Shown one piece after another: positions 18,596 to 28,585 of a DNA stretch of 64,000 bases. How positions within the stretch are numbered: the first letter of the stretch is position 1; each line of letters begins with the position of its first letter. A model generated the notes under the pieces. It had not been told where the DNA came from. It did not search any database and was given only the letters and a program-made list of their open reading frames with translations. This DNA is from Candidatus Hydrogenedentota bacterium (GTDB lineage Bacteria; Hydrogenedentota; Hydrogenedentia; Hydrogenedentales; SLHB01): assembly GCA_045863335.1 (NCBI GenBank), contig BTVY01000012.1, positions 1-64,000 of the forward strand. The letters run 5' to 3'. A program made the translations under genes and the position numbers.

Positions 18596-19267
18596 CTAAC
18601 CTTTCCCTCGAACTACAATATATGCCTTGCTTGCGATGGTATTCTCGTGAATCTGCAACGTCGGCATCTTCGTGGCGATGCCAGCTTCGGGGCCGCCGTC
18701 GAGATTGATCGCGCGGTCGACGGTTGGGTATTCGGCGAGGATGTATTGCGACAGGGCGTGCAGGGTCGTCTTGCTGTGGTACAGAAAAACGAAGGAGCCG
18801 TCGTTCAGTTGAAGGATCGCGGAGCGGTCGGCGACTTTGCCGTCGTCGCTTCGGATGCCGGGTTTGCCGCCGGGGTCGACGAGCATGGGGCCGCACTGAA
18901 ATACCGACGCGTATTGGTCGGGGTCAGCTTCCTTGAAGTGGATTGAAAGACGACCGTCCTTGTCGATGCAGACCCAGCCGGAGAGTCCCGGTGATGGGTG
19001 ATCGACGATCACTTCACCGTCGACTTTATAGTACCCCACTGCGCGAAAGTTCTCGTCGAAGAATCCGCCGTTTATGGCACATACCGCATCGGATACACGA
19101 AAAGCAGTCGTTACCGTCATGTGTTCCGTGCGGGAGGGGTTGTCGACGAGTTGAAACTGGTATTCCCCATTCGATAATGGGACTGCAACAACATCCGGAC
19201 CGGGTGCGACCGGGGACTGCGCAGCGGCAATGACAACAACCGCCAGTAACATGCACTTCAAATACAT
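18596..19267 (-). CDS. Phosphodiester glycosidase (NAGPA-like) family protein
   Basis: Signal peptide; AINGGFF, QCGPMLV, DRSAI, AINLDGG. Confidence 0.82.
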   Translation of the reverse strand: MYLKCMLLAVVVIAAAQSPVAPGPDVVAVPLSNGEYQFQLVDNPSRTEHMTVTTAFRVSDAVCAINGGFFDENFRAVGYYKVDGEVIVDHPSPGLSGWVCIDKDGRLSIHFKEADPDQYASVFQCGPMLVDPGGKPGIRSDDGKVADRSAILQLNDGSFVFLYHSKTTLHALSQYILAEYPTVDRAINLDGGPEAGIATKMPTLQIHENTIASKAYIVVRGKG

Positions 19268-19411
19268 CTTTTGTAGGTTCCAATATCCAACATGACGAAT
19301 TTAAACAGGTTCTAAAGGTTGCCAATTCGGGTTGTGGGATTCTTCACTAATCTACCGACGGGATGCAACCCGCTACCATAAGGCACCTAACTCTTTCGTC
19401 TATCTTGCCTA

Positions 19412-19441
19412 TTGCCAAAATCGGGGGTAGCGTGCTATAAC
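19412..19441 (+). promoter_or_regulatory. Putative sigma70 promoter of the RRM gene
   Basis: TTGCCA, 18 bp spacer, TATAAC with extended TGn. Confidence 0.5.
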
Positions 19442-19626
19442 ATACGCGTATTGGGAGCCGTGGTGTGCTCCCGGTGTTCCTGACTCTTGGATGACGATTG
19501 CTACCAATGATCCTGCTTGACGCCTCACCTGCCGCTTCTTGCTCTTCCTTGGTCCCTTCGCACCCCCAGATGTCTTGAACCATATCCATTGGTGAAACGA
19601 AGTAGATTAAGCAGAAGGATCCCGTG

Positions 19627-19929
19627 ATGAACATTTATGTGGGTAACTTGTCGTACAACGCAACAGAGGATGAGCTGAAGCAAGCATTCGAAGTCTACGG
19701 TCGCGTTGATTCCGCACGAATCATTGTCGACAAGTACACCGACCAGTCCAAGGGATTTGGTTTTGTAGAAATGCCGGACAACAGCGAAGCCCAGGCGGCG
19801 ATCAGCGGTCTGGATGGAAAAGAAATGGGCGGCCGCCCCTTGCGCGTCAACGAAGCGCGTCCGAAAACGGAAGGCGGCGGACGCGGCGGCGACCGCGACC
19901 GTGGCGGACGCGGCGGGCGCTCCTGGTAA
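19627..19929 (+). CDS. RRM-domain RNA-binding protein with Gly/Arg tail
   Basis: RNP2 IYVGNL, RNP1 KGFGFVEM, RGG tail. Confidence 0.95.
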   Translation: MNIYVGNLSYNATEDELKQAFEVYGRVDSARIIVDKYTDQSKGFGFVEMPDNSEAQAAISGLDGKEMGGRPLRVNEARPKTEGGGRGGDRDRGGRGGRSW

Positions 19930-20002
19930 CTCGATTCAATACCCCCCACGACGGCCGCAGGAGTCAAGGCAGGTAACGCGGTAGTCGATTCAGAGATTCG
20001 AT

Positions 20003-20042
20003 AGTAGAACCGGCGATCTTCGGATTGCCGGTTTTACTTTTT
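20003..20042 (+). terminator. Intrinsic terminator after the RRM gene
   Basis: AGTAGAACCGGCGATC-TTCG-GATTGCCGGTTTTACT hairpin with UUCG loop followed by Ts; overlaps the convergent stop codon. Confidence 0.8.
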
Positions 20043-21053
20043 GGATTCGAAGAACTCGAAGGCGAGGATGTTGTCGAGGTAGACGCCGTCGAATCCGGCG
20101 TCGAGCACTCGTTTCATATAGGTGGCGTCGTCACCGAAAATGATGTCTTTCCAATCCGCTTTCCAGTAATGAACCCAGTACTCGTCCGGGTAGCCTTCGT
20201 ATTCATCGTCGACCCAGGACGGATCACCGGTGTCCCAGTTTTCATCCCAGTAATAGCGCCAAGTTTCCGCGGCGCCGATGTTCACGTAGGCGATGACGAG
20301 GCGGGTGCCGCCGTTGGCCTTGGCGCGAATCGCGTCGATCTGACTCGACGTGAAGGCGGTTCCGTTGTGGAAGGGGTCCATGATGAGGACGTCGTAGTTT
20401 GTCGCCTGGACAGCGCTAACGAACGCCGCGCGGGTGCCGAAGGGTCCACTGTCGATGACGTAAAGGAAATTCGCGGCATCCGGCAACACGGTAACGTCAC
20501 CGTCATTGACGCCGAACGGGGAAGCAGGAAACGCCGGAATCGTGTCCAGGTCGTAGCTAGGATTGGGCGCGGCGAAATGGATGTATCCACGGTTGGAAGC
20601 GCGGGCGAGTCCGTCCAGCACGAGGGCCGGCACGTTGCAGTAGTCGGTCACGAGCACTTCAATGCCCTCGGACTCGGCGCGATCCAGGAAGGCCGTATAG
20701 TAGTCGCGATCCCCGGATGCCGTTGCGGTGTTGTAGGCGTCCTGACCGTAGAAGGGGTGCTCCTGTCCGAGACCATCGAGAGTGAGCGTGTAGTCCGTGG
20801 ACAGCGGGCCGTCGGGCTCGCCGTCGGTCGTGAGCAGTTCGGGACCGTTCTGGGCGATGACGAGGAAGTCGGGGTTGATACCGCGCGCGTATTCGGCGAG
20901 TTCGATTACGAAGTCGCGCATTTCGGCCCGGAAATCGGTTTCCGGATCGGGGTCGGGATCCGGATCGGGATCATTGGGCTGCGGGCACCCGGCCAAGATG
21001 GCGGCACTCGCGCATACCCAACCGAACCACCACCAGCGCAGGTGCCGTTTCAT
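20034..21053 (-). CDS. Lipoprotein, endo-alpha-1,4-polygalactosaminidase-like (GH114/TM1410-type)
   Basis: Lipobox LAGC, PD-repeat linker, IAQNGPEL, IAYVNIGAAETWRYYW, GFDGVYLD. Confidence 0.8.
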   Translation of the reverse strand: MKRHLRWWWFGWVCASAAILAGCPQPNDPDPDPDPDPETDFRAEMRDFVIELAEYARGINPDFLVIAQNGPELLTTDGEPDGPLSTDYTLTLDGLGQEHPFYGQDAYNTATASGDRDYYTAFLDRAESEGIEVLVTDYCNVPALVLDGLARASNRGYIHFAAPNPSYDLDTIPAFPASPFGVNDGDVTVLPDAANFLYVIDSGPFGTRAAFVSAVQATNYDVLIMDPFHNGTAFTSSQIDAIRAKANGGTRLVIAYVNIGAAETWRYYWDENWDTGDPSWVDDEYEGYPDEYWVHYWKADWKDIIFGDDATYMKRVLDAGFDGVYLDNILAFEFFESKK

Positions 21054-21110
21054 GTAGACAGACTCCCCTCCAGTGTAGCGAAAAGTTCGCTCGATACTTA
21101 CAAGGGAACA

Positions 21111-21141
21111 TCCCCCTAAATCCCCCTTCAAAGGGGGACTT
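21111..21141. repeat. Short palindromic intergenic element TCCCCCTAAATCCCCCTTCAAAGGGGGACTT
   Basis: Duplicated TCCCCCT plus stem TCCCCCT/AGGGGGA; immediately downstream of ispH. Confidence 0.6.
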
Positions 21142-21152
21142 CAATACCAGGG

Positions 21153-22085
21153 CTAGCGCGTGGACGCGGCGAGTTCGGCGGGGAGTTTGAAGTGGACGTT
21201 TTCCATCATGATCTCGCTCTCCACGACGTCGAGGGGTCCGCGATTGCGGAAATACTCGATGACGCCCTGAACGAGCAGTTCGGGAGCGGACGCGCCGGCC
21301 GTCAGGAGAATCGAATCCACACCTTCGAGCCATTCCTCTTCGATCATCTCGGCGGAACTGATGAGATAGGCGGGCTTGCCCTTGGCGTGGCAGATTTCCG
21401 CGAGGCGGTTCGAATTGGCACTTTCCCTATCACCCACGACGAGAACGAGGTCCACCTCCGGAGACAAGGCGTTCACCGCGGCCTGCCGGTTCGTAGTGGC
21501 GTAGCAAATGTCCGCCTTGGGGGGACCCTGAATATTGGGGAACTTTCGCCGGAGGGCCGCGATGACGCGTTCGCAGTCGTCGACACTGAGGGTGGTCTGG
21601 GTGATGTAGGACACCTGGTCCGGGTTAGGCACCTCCAGGGCTTCCACGTCGGATTCGTCGAGCACGAGCCGGATATGCTTGGGCGCCCAGCCCATGGTGC
21701 CGACTGTTTCGTCGTGGCCTTCCTCGCCAATGAGGATTACGGTGAAATCGCGGGCGGCGAAGCGGCGGGCTTCATTGTGAACCTTCTCGACGAGGGGGCA
21801 AGTCGCGTCGATGACCTCCATGTTGTACTTTTCGGCGTGGGCAAACCGTTCCGGGCTGACGCCGTGGGCGCTGAACAGGAGGTGGGCGCCAGCGGGCACA
21901 TCGCTCAGGTCTTTAACAAAAATCGCGCCTTTGGCCTTCAAATCATTGACGACGTGCGCGTTATGAACGATGTCGTTCAGTACGTAGACTGGCGCGCCGT
22001 ACCGTTCGAGCGCTTGCTCCACACACTTGATCGCCCGTTCGACTCCCGCACAAAAACCGCGCGGTTTGGCCAAAATGATACGCAT
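21153..22085 (-). CDS. ispH: 4-hydroxy-3-methylbut-2-enyl diphosphate reductase
   Basis: [40 protein letters not shown]. Confidence 0.97.
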   Translation of the reverse strand: MRIILAKPRGFCAGVERAIKCVEQALERYGAPVYVLNDIVHNAHVVNDLKAKGAIFVKDLSDVPAGAHLLFSAHGVSPERFAHAEKYNMEVIDATCPLVEKVHNEARRFAARDFTVILIGEEGHDETVGTMGWAPKHIRLVLDESDVEALEVPNPDQVSYITQTTLSVDDCERVIAALRRKFPNIQGPPKADICYATTNRQAAVNALSPEVDLVLVVGDRESANSNRLAEICHAKGKPAYLISSAEMIEEEWLEGVDSILLTAGASAPELLVQGVIEYFRNRGPLDVVESEIMMENVHFKLPAELAASTR

Positions 22086-22308
22086 CGTGCCTCCTGACGT
22101 GAATTCTAAAAGCATAAACCAACTTCAAGCGAAACACAAACGGGGTCAAGGCCTATTCCGGGGCCGAACTCGTGGAAGGGGCAGGATTTTTTGCGAATGC
22201 TGCCGTCGAGATGATACAATTCGCCCCAGCGTTTGCTTTGCGACAAAGGCGGGGAAAACCGTCCGTAGGATAGCTTCCCGCGCGACCATACACAGGAGAT
22301 TTGGACCC

Positions 22309-23367
22309 ATGCCACTTGTACCGATGCGACAGATCCTCGACGAGGCCGCCAAGGGCGGATACGGCGTTGGCGCGTTCAACGTCAACAATATGGAACAAAT
22401 CCAGGCCATCATGGAGGCTGCCCGTGAGACCCAGAGCCCGGTCATCATTCAGGCCAGCCGCGGCGCCCTGAAATACAGCAAGATGATTTACCTGCGCAAC
22501 CTGATCCAGGCTGCCGTTGAAGAGTGCCCGGAAATCCCGCTGGCCATGCACCTGGATCACGGCAACAGCCCCGCGACCTGTCAGGAAGCAATCGACCTGG
22601 GATTCACGTCCGTCATGATGGACGGGTCGCTGGCCGAGGACGGCAAAACGCCGAACAGCTACGAAAAGAATGTGGAAGTGACGCGCAAGGTCGTCGAGAT
22701 GGCCCACGCGGTCGGCGTGACCGTTGAAGGCGAATTGGGCTGCCTGGGCGGTATCGAAGACGGCCATGGCGCAGGCATTGCGGCGGACGATACGGAACAC
22801 CTGACCAATCCGGAAGAAGCCGAAGACTTCGTTGCGAAGACGGGCCTGGACGCATTGGCCGTTGCCATCGGCACGAGCCACGGCGCCTACAAATCCTTGC
22901 GCAAGGACCCGAAGACAGGCGAGATGCTGCCTCCGGCCTTGGCGATGGATCGCATTCACGAGATTCACAAGCGCATGCCGACTTGCCACATGGTCATGCA
23001 CGGGTCTTCGAGCGTGCCGAAGGAACTGGTCGACATCATCAACCAGTACGGCGGTAAGATGCCCGGCACCTACGGCATCCCGGTGGAGCAGATCCAGGAC
23101 GGCATCAAGCACGGCGTCCGCAAGATCAACGTGGACACGGATAGCCGTCTCGCCATGACGGGCGCGGTGCGCAAGGTGCTTTTCGAGACGCCGGAGAAGT
23201 TCGACCCGCGCGACTGGTTGAAGCCCGCGCGTGATGCCGCGTACGAAGTATATAAGGCACGCATGATCGCTTTCGGCCAGGCCGGTCACGCGAAGGATTA
23301 CACGCCGATCACGATTGAAGACATGAAGGAAATCTACGCCAAGGGCGGCACGCTCGCCACGGCCTAG
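22309..23367 (+). CDS. fba: Fructose-bisphosphate aldolase class II
   Basis: [39 protein letters not shown]; AGGAG RBS. Confidence 0.96.
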   Translation: MPLVPMRQILDEAAKGGYGVGAFNVNNMEQIQAIMEAARETQSPVIIQASRGALKYSKMIYLRNLIQAAVEECPEIPLAMHLDHGNSPATCQEAIDLGFTSVMMDGSLAEDGKTPNSYEKNVEVTRKVVEMAHAVGVTVEGELGCLGGIEDGHGAGIAADDTEHLTNPEEAEDFVAKTGLDALAVAIGTSHGAYKSLRKDPKTGEMLPPALAMDRIHEIHKRMPTCHMVMHGSSSVPKELVDIINQYGGKMPGTYGIPVEQIQDGIKHGVRKINVDTDSRLAMTGAVRKVLFETPEKFDPRDWLKPARDAAYEVYKARMIAFGQAGHAKDYTPITIEDMKEIYAKGGTLATA

Positions 23368-23393
23368 TTTTTCACGATTTACGTATCACCTTG

Positions 23394-23424
23394 GAGCGCC
23401 TCGGATTAGGTCCGGGGCGCTTTT
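23394..23424 (+). terminator. Intrinsic terminator after fba
   Basis: GAGCGCCTCGGA-TTAGG-TCCGGGGCGCTT stem followed by Ts. Confidence 0.75.
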
Positions 23425-23514
23425 CTATTGACGGAAGCTCGAGGCATTTTCGAAACTCCCGCGGCGTTACGGGGATCGTTGAGGTAGGCTGCGCGTCAAC
23501 AGGAGGAAATCACA

Positions 23515-24477
23515 ATGTTGGTAGCCACATCTCCACTCCGTTTTTCGGTACATCCCGCACGCAATGCCTTAATTGCTGCCGTGTTTGTTGCGGGCGCTGT
23601 CGCGGCGAATGGAGCGTCGGTGCAGTGTGAGCCCGAGATTGTGTCATTCTCGGGACTCGATGACGTCGCCACGATCAGGTTGTACGAGGGCGGTTCGCCG
23701 CTGCCGTCGAGCGCGTTGAGCGGAGCCCGTGCGATGATCGATGACAACAACTACAGCTACCAGTTCGTCATCGAACGGTCCGAGTCGGGACCCGCGCAAC
23801 TGACGATTCGCCCGAACCCGGCGCACGTTCAGATCGGGACGTTCACGCTGCGCATCTCCACGGACAAGGGTCCGGCGGTTGCACAGATCAAGACACCCCT
23901 GGACGAACTTCCGGGCACGCTCGAGAACCGCGCGAAAGCACTTGGAATCAGCGAACAGCAACTCAAGGCAGAACTGAATCTGTTGCAGTCGGTGGAACGG
24001 GAACACGTCGGCGTGACGCTTCCAACGGCGTATCAGGAGGGACACGTCTTCGAGCTTCCCCTCGGGGAAGACCTGTCTCACAACTACGTCTGGTATGTGA
24101 ACGGCGAGGTTGTGTCGTCCGGCAAGGGCCAAGGGACATTGCAGCACGTGTTCACTATGGTGGGTCCAAACAGTATTCAGTTTGAAGAGCGGAACGACGA
24201 CGGTCTCGTGTCTGCGTGGCGCGGTACCTTGCAGGTGAATCCGACGCCGGCGGTGCCGTGGAAGGTGCCGGCCGATACGGAGTTCACGCTGGAAGGTCCC
24301 CCGGGGTTCAACGACTATACGTGGTTGGCCGATGGCAAACTCGCCGGTACCGGGCGGATTCTGCGCCATACGTTCGATCTCGTGGGAGACCACACGATTG
24401 AATGTCTCGCGAGAGAACCGGAGAATGGTGACGCGGCCGAGTACCGGCGGATGACGTGGGAAGTTGTCGCCGAGTAG
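23515..24477 (+). CDS. Secreted hypothetical protein with two PKD/Ig-like repeats
   Basis: AGGAGG RBS, signal peptide; repeats YVWYVNG...LQHVFTMVG and YTWLADG...LRHTFDLVG. Confidence 0.65.
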   Translation: MLVATSPLRFSVHPARNALIAAVFVAGAVAANGASVQCEPEIVSFSGLDDVATIRLYEGGSPLPSSALSGARAMIDDNNYSYQFVIERSESGPAQLTIRPNPAHVQIGTFTLRISTDKGPAVAQIKTPLDELPGTLENRAKALGISEQQLKAELNLLQSVEREHVGVTLPTAYQEGHVFELPLGEDLSHNYVWYVNGEVVSSGKGQGTLQHVFTMVGPNSIQFEERNDDGLVSAWRGTLQVNPTPAVPWKVPADTEFTLEGPPGFNDYTWLADGKLAGTGRILRHTFDLVGDHTIECLAREPENGDAAEYRRMTWEVVAE

Positions 24478-24507
24478 ACGGCTCAGGCATAAGCACGGAG
24501 GGTCCGG

Positions 24508-25158
24508 TTGAACCCACACCAGCATGTATTCCGTCGCGCGCTCGTTGCGCTGTGCGTGGCAGGAGCAATCTGCTCAGGCTGCGCCACGACGGGCGGACGG
24601 GCTGCGCAGCAAACGGATTTGGTGGAACTGGTCGAGGTCGTGCCGGATATTCTTCTCGATCTCCGCTATGCGACGGACAACAACTTCACCGGGGAGGTGG
24701 TGTATCCGGTGGCGCGCTGTTTTCTCGTGCGGGACGCCGCGTTGGCGTTACGAGACGCGCAGGCCGATCTGCGCCCGTTGGGTTACCGTCTGAAGGTCTT
24801 TGACGGGTACCGTCCCTTGTCCGTGCAACGGCGGTTCTGGGAAATCCTGCCGGACCCGCAGTACGTGGCCGATCCCCGAATCGGATCGCGGCACAATCGC
24901 GGATACGCCGTCGATCTTACCTTGGTGGATCTGGACGGGAACTCCGTCGCCATGCCGACGGAGTTTGACGACTTCACGGAGCGGGCTCATCGGGACTCGC
25001 TGGCGGCATCCGCCGAAGCCATCGGACATCGCGAGATCCTGGAGACCGTGATGGTCCGCCATGGGTTCATACCGTTTCCGACCGAGTGGTGGCACTTCGA
25101 CTACCGGGGTTATGAGGACAAGCCGAACCTCGACATTCCGCTCGATGCAGTGAAATAA
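24508..25158 (+). CDS. ddpX: D-alanyl-D-alanine dipeptidase (VanX/DdpX, peptidase M15), lipoprotein
   Basis: DLRYATDNNFTG, FDGYRP, SRHNRGYAVD, EWWHF; lipobox CSGC. Confidence 0.92.
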   Translation: MNPHQHVFRRALVALCVAGAICSGCATTGGRAAQQTDLVELVEVVPDILLDLRYATDNNFTGEVVYPVARCFLVRDAALALRDAQADLRPLGYRLKVFDGYRPLSVQRRFWEILPDPQYVADPRIGSRHNRGYAVDLTLVDLDGNSVAMPTEFDDFTERAHRDSLAASAEAIGHREILETVMVRHGFIPFPTEWWHFDYRGYEDKPNLDIPLDAVK

Positions 25159-25185
25159 ACCCGGGGCGAGTTTTGCTCGCCCCGG
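25153..25185 (-). terminator. Hairpin terminator between convergent ddpX and tlpA-like genes
   Basis: CCGGGGCGAG-TTTTG-CTCGCCCCGG; U-rich tail on the minus strand. Confidence 0.7.
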
Positions 25186-25225
25186 AAAAGGTAGCCGTCG
25201 ATTTCGCTTGATACGTATCTACGCC

Positions 25226-25786
25226 TTAACCTTCGGATTCCTCCTTCGGCAAGCGTTTTTCCAATTCCTTTCCGAGTTCATCAGACATGGGATGCCCATG
25301 CCACGCAATTTTTCCCTCGGTATCAACCAGGAAGACGTGAGGAATTCCATCCTGGCCAAAGGCGGTCATGTAGTTCTCGATCATCGTGCCGTTCCCGTCA
25401 ATGGCTACGGGGTAGACCATCTTATCGCCTTGCGATTTGACGAATTCGGCGACGTGATCGGCCTCCTCATTGGAAATGGCGACGACTTGCAGTCCGCGGT
25501 CCTTATACGTGTTGTAGAGGTCGTTCAGATGCGGGATGCTCTTGCGGCACGGGGGACACCACGTGGCCCAAAACTCAATCAGATGAACCTTCTTGCCGCT
25601 CGCACTATCCAACGCGACAGGACCACCCTGGACCCACTCGGTAACCGAAATCTCGGGTGCCGCGTCTCCAATTTTCCTCTTCTCCACGTCGCCTTGTGCG
25701 TAGCCGGCATTCACGACTGCACCCAACGCAATGACCGCGGCAAGCGCGGCAACGGCCAGGGGCATGGACTTCAACCTATTCATCAT
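25226..25786 (-). CDS. TlpA-like thiol:disulfide oxidoreductase
   Basis: Signal peptide; FWATWCPPC; GIPHVFLVD; AGGAG RBS. Confidence 0.9.
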   Translation of the reverse strand: MMNRLKSMPLAVAALAAVIALGAVVNAGYAQGDVEKRKIGDAAPEISVTEWVQGGPVALDSASGKKVHLIEFWATWCPPCRKSIPHLNDLYNTYKDRGLQVVAISNEEADHVAEFVKSQGDKMVYPVAIDGNGTMIENYMTAFGQDGIPHVFLVDTEGKIAWHGHPMSDELGKELEKRLPKEESEG

Positions 25787-25965
25787 TGTGAGTATCTCCT
25801 TTTGTCTGCCGGCAAGGAACGATAACCGTTCCGGACTTCTTCTGGAAACACACCGGCATAGGGACAATGTTCCTGAACGCGCGCTGCGTTCGCGTTTCAC
25901 GTATCGGAGATGTATTCACGAAACGAGAGGGTTCAATTCAGGCGGCTGAAACGGGACCCAAATGG

Positions 25966-26877
25966 TTACAGGGATTCGCTATCGCGAAGGCCGAGGCTCA
26001 GATAGATCTGACGGGTGGCGTCGGATTTGTTCAGCGTATAGAAGTGAATTCCGCGGACGCGGTGGTCGAGCAAATCGCGGCATTGTTCCGTAGCCCAGTG
26101 GATTCCGACGCGGCGGACGGCGTCGGGATCGTCGCCGCAGCGGTTCAAGGCGCGCAGCAATGCGGCAGGGAAACGGGAGCCGGCGGAGAGTTCGGCCATG
26201 CGTTTCATGCCGGCGGCGGTCGTGACGGGCATGATACCGGCCACGATGGGTACGCGAATACCGGATAATTCGCAGCGTTCGCAGAAATCGTAGAAATCGC
26301 GGTTATCGAAAAACAATTGGGTGCAGATGTAGTCGGCGCCTGCATCGACCTTGGCCTTGAGATGGTCCATTTCGATCAGGCGATTTGGCGTGTCGGGATG
26401 CCCTTCGGGAAAACCGGCCACGCCGATTCCGAAACCGCGGGGATCGGGATGGCTCTTCCGTTCGTTGAATCGCTGAATGAACCGCACGAGATCTGCGGCG
26501 TGGCGGAATGAGTCCTTTGTGCGGTCGTATCCGGCCAGGTCGCGGGGCGGGTCGCCCCCAAGCGCGAGGATGTTGCTTACGCCCGCCGCCGCATAGCGCT
26601 CCAGGATCTGCTGGATATCGTCTTCGGTATGACACACGCAGGTCAGATGGGGGATCGGGTCGAGGGAGGTGCTTTGTTGGATGCGGACGACCAGATCGTG
26701 GGTGAGTTCGCGTGTAGAACCACCCGCGCCGTAGGTTACCGAGACAAACGAGGGTTTGAGCGGTTCCAGGTCGGCTATGGTCGAGTACAGCGATTCCACG
26801 GATTGCGCGGTCTTCGGGGGGAAGAACTCGAACGAAAAGGTCGTGGCGCGGCTTTCGAATATATCGTTAATGTGCAT
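25966..26877 (-). CDS. metF: 5,10-methylenetetrahydrofolate reductase
   Basis: SFEFFPPK, SVTYGAGG, HLTC, KVDAGADYICTQLFF, HFYTLN. Confidence 0.96.
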   Translation of the reverse strand: MHINDIFESRATTFSFEFFPPKTAQSVESLYSTIADLEPLKPSFVSVTYGAGGSTRELTHDLVVRIQQSTSLDPIPHLTCVCHTEDDIQQILERYAAAGVSNILALGGDPPRDLAGYDRTKDSFRHAADLVRFIQRFNERKSHPDPRGFGIGVAGFPEGHPDTPNRLIEMDHLKAKVDAGADYICTQLFFDNRDFYDFCERCELSGIRVPIVAGIMPVTTAAGMKRMAELSAGSRFPAALLRALNRCGDDPDAVRRVGIHWATEQCRDLLDHRVRGIHFYTLNKSDATRQIYLSLGLRDSESL

Positions 26878-26953
26878 AGGGTATTGTTTCCAGACAACGT
26901 GCGCCGATGGTACCGATGTTGATCGCTGGGCGTCAACCGGGTTGAGAGATCGT

Positions 26954-28474
26954 CTACAACGCGATTTCCTGTCGCGTTCGCGCGCTCAACACTTTCAGAT
27001 CGTGGATATGGTAATCCGAGACGGACTCGATGGAGATTTCCCGGTCGAAGCGTTTGGATACGTCGTCAATCAGATCCTTGTTTTCCGTGCGCAACCGTCG
27101 GGCCACGTCGGGGTGAAGTTGCAAGATGATTCGCTTCTCTTTCGACTTACAGAAGAGGGCGTGCAACTTCCGGATGGTGTCGAAGGTCATGGTGGTGACG
27201 GATCGGACCATACCGCTGCCTTCGCAGTAGGGACAGGGTTGCGAAAGGGCTTTGACGAGATTGTGCTTGACGCGTTTACGCGTCATTTCGATCATGCCCA
27301 GTTCGCTGATCTCGGAGATAGTGGTTTTGGCGCGGTCGGCCTTGAGGCATTCCTGTAGTTTGCGGATCAGTTCTTTGCGGTTCTTCTCGTATTGCATGTC
27401 GATAAAGTCGATGACGATGATGCCGCCAAGATCGCGCAGTCTCACCTGGCGCGCGATTTCTTCGGCGGCGTCCAAGTTCGTTTTCAGCACGGTTTCTTCG
27501 AGGTGCTTGCTTCCGGTGAACCGGCCGGTGTTGACGTCGATTGCGACCAGGGCCTCGGTCTGGTCGATGCAGATATGACCGCCGCTCTTGAGGAACACCC
27601 GCCGGTGGAGGGCCTTTTCGATTTCGCGCTCGATATTGAACTTGTCAAAGATGGGGCGCTTGGCGTTGTAGAGCTTGACCCGCTTCTTGAGATTGGGCGC
27701 GAAGGTGTCGAGGAAGTCGAGGATGCGTTTGTACTCGACTTCGCTGTCGATGGTCAGCTTCTCGACGTCCTTCGTGAACATGTCGCGCACGACGCGCAGG
27801 ATGGGATTCAAGTCTTCGTGCAGCAGGCTTGGCCCCTTCATCGTCTCCATCTTATCCTTGACGTCGGTCCAGACTTTCGTAAGGTATTTGATGTCGTCCT
27901 GAAAATCCGCCTTCTTCTTGTCCTCTCCCGCGGTGCGGAGGATCATGCCCACACCGGGGGGACGAATGGACTGAAGGGTTTTGCGGAGCCGTTCGCGTTC
28001 GCGATCGCTGCCGATCTTACGGGAAATCCCCAGGTGCTTGACGGTCGGCATGAGCACGATGTAGCGGCCAGGCAAGGTCACATAGTTGGTGAGCCGCACG
28101 CCCTTGGTCCCCAGGGTGTCTTTGCTGACCTGGACCATGATGTGCTGGTTTTTCTTCAGGAGGGATTCAATCGCGGGGGGCTTGCCGCGACGGGAACGTT
28201 CGCGCGGTTTGGCAGTGCCTTCCTCGAATACGAAGTCGCCGGTCCCTTCGGCGCCGGCGATATCGGAGACATAGAGAAACCCGTTCTTCTCGAAACCGAT
28301 GTCGATAAAGGCGGCTTGAATGCCGGGCACGATGGAGTCGACGCGGCCTTTGTAGACGTTTCCGACAACGCTCCGGCTTTCATGCCGGTCGATGAGCAAC
28401 TCGGTGAGGCGTTTTTCCTCGATGAACGCGATGCGCGTTTCGAGGGGTTCGACGTTGACGACAAATTCCTTCAT
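26954..28474 (-). CDS. rng: Ribonuclease E/G family (RNase G-length)
   Basis: GNVYKGRV S1 domain, AIDVNTG, LRDLGGIIVIDFIDM, CPYCEGSG Zn-link. Confidence 0.93.
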   Translation of the reverse strand: MKEFVVNVEPLETRIAFIEEKRLTELLIDRHESRSVVGNVYKGRVDSIVPGIQAAFIDIGFEKNGFLYVSDIAGAEGTGDFVFEEGTAKPRERSRRGKPPAIESLLKKNQHIMVQVSKDTLGTKGVRLTNYVTLPGRYIVLMPTVKHLGISRKIGSDRERERLRKTLQSIRPPGVGMILRTAGEDKKKADFQDDIKYLTKVWTDVKDKMETMKGPSLLHEDLNPILRVVRDMFTKDVEKLTIDSEVEYKRILDFLDTFAPNLKKRVKLYNAKRPIFDKFNIEREIEKALHRRVFLKSGGHICIDQTEALVAIDVNTGRFTGSKHLEETVLKTNLDAAEEIARQVRLRDLGGIIVIDFIDMQYEKNRKELIRKLQECLKADRAKTTISEISELGMIEMTRKRVKHNLVKALSQPCPYCEGSGMVRSVTTMTFDTIRKLHALFCKSKEKRIILQLHPDVARRLRTENKDLIDDVSKRFDREISIESVSDYHIHDLKVLSARTRQEIAL

Positions 28475-28585
28475 TGTTTCTCCTGGTGCGGGGCAGGAGC
28501 CTTGCGCAGTCTGATGGGGTCTGCGCACGTCGGCGTGTCGATGCCGGTGTGCGAGCAGTGCTCATGGCCGAACCTCCGCTGTGGG

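Noticed and set aside
19950-19988. Stem-loop after the RRM gene considered as SRP or another small RNA
   Set aside because: Lacks the SRP domain IV consensus; too short to support a call
20938-20972. Hexamer repeats here and GGC-rich repeats at about 48080-48155
   Set aside because: They encode Pro-Asp and Gly linkers following lipoprotein anchors
24508-25158. VanX as a vancomycin resistance locus
   Set aside because: No vanH/vanA/vanRS nearby; a stand-alone lipoprotein dipeptidase is common
26878-26953. Possible SAM/SAH riboswitch before metF
   Set aside because: Only 76 bp, mostly occupied by a TTGACG-18-TACCAT promoter-like sequence; no aptamer core seen
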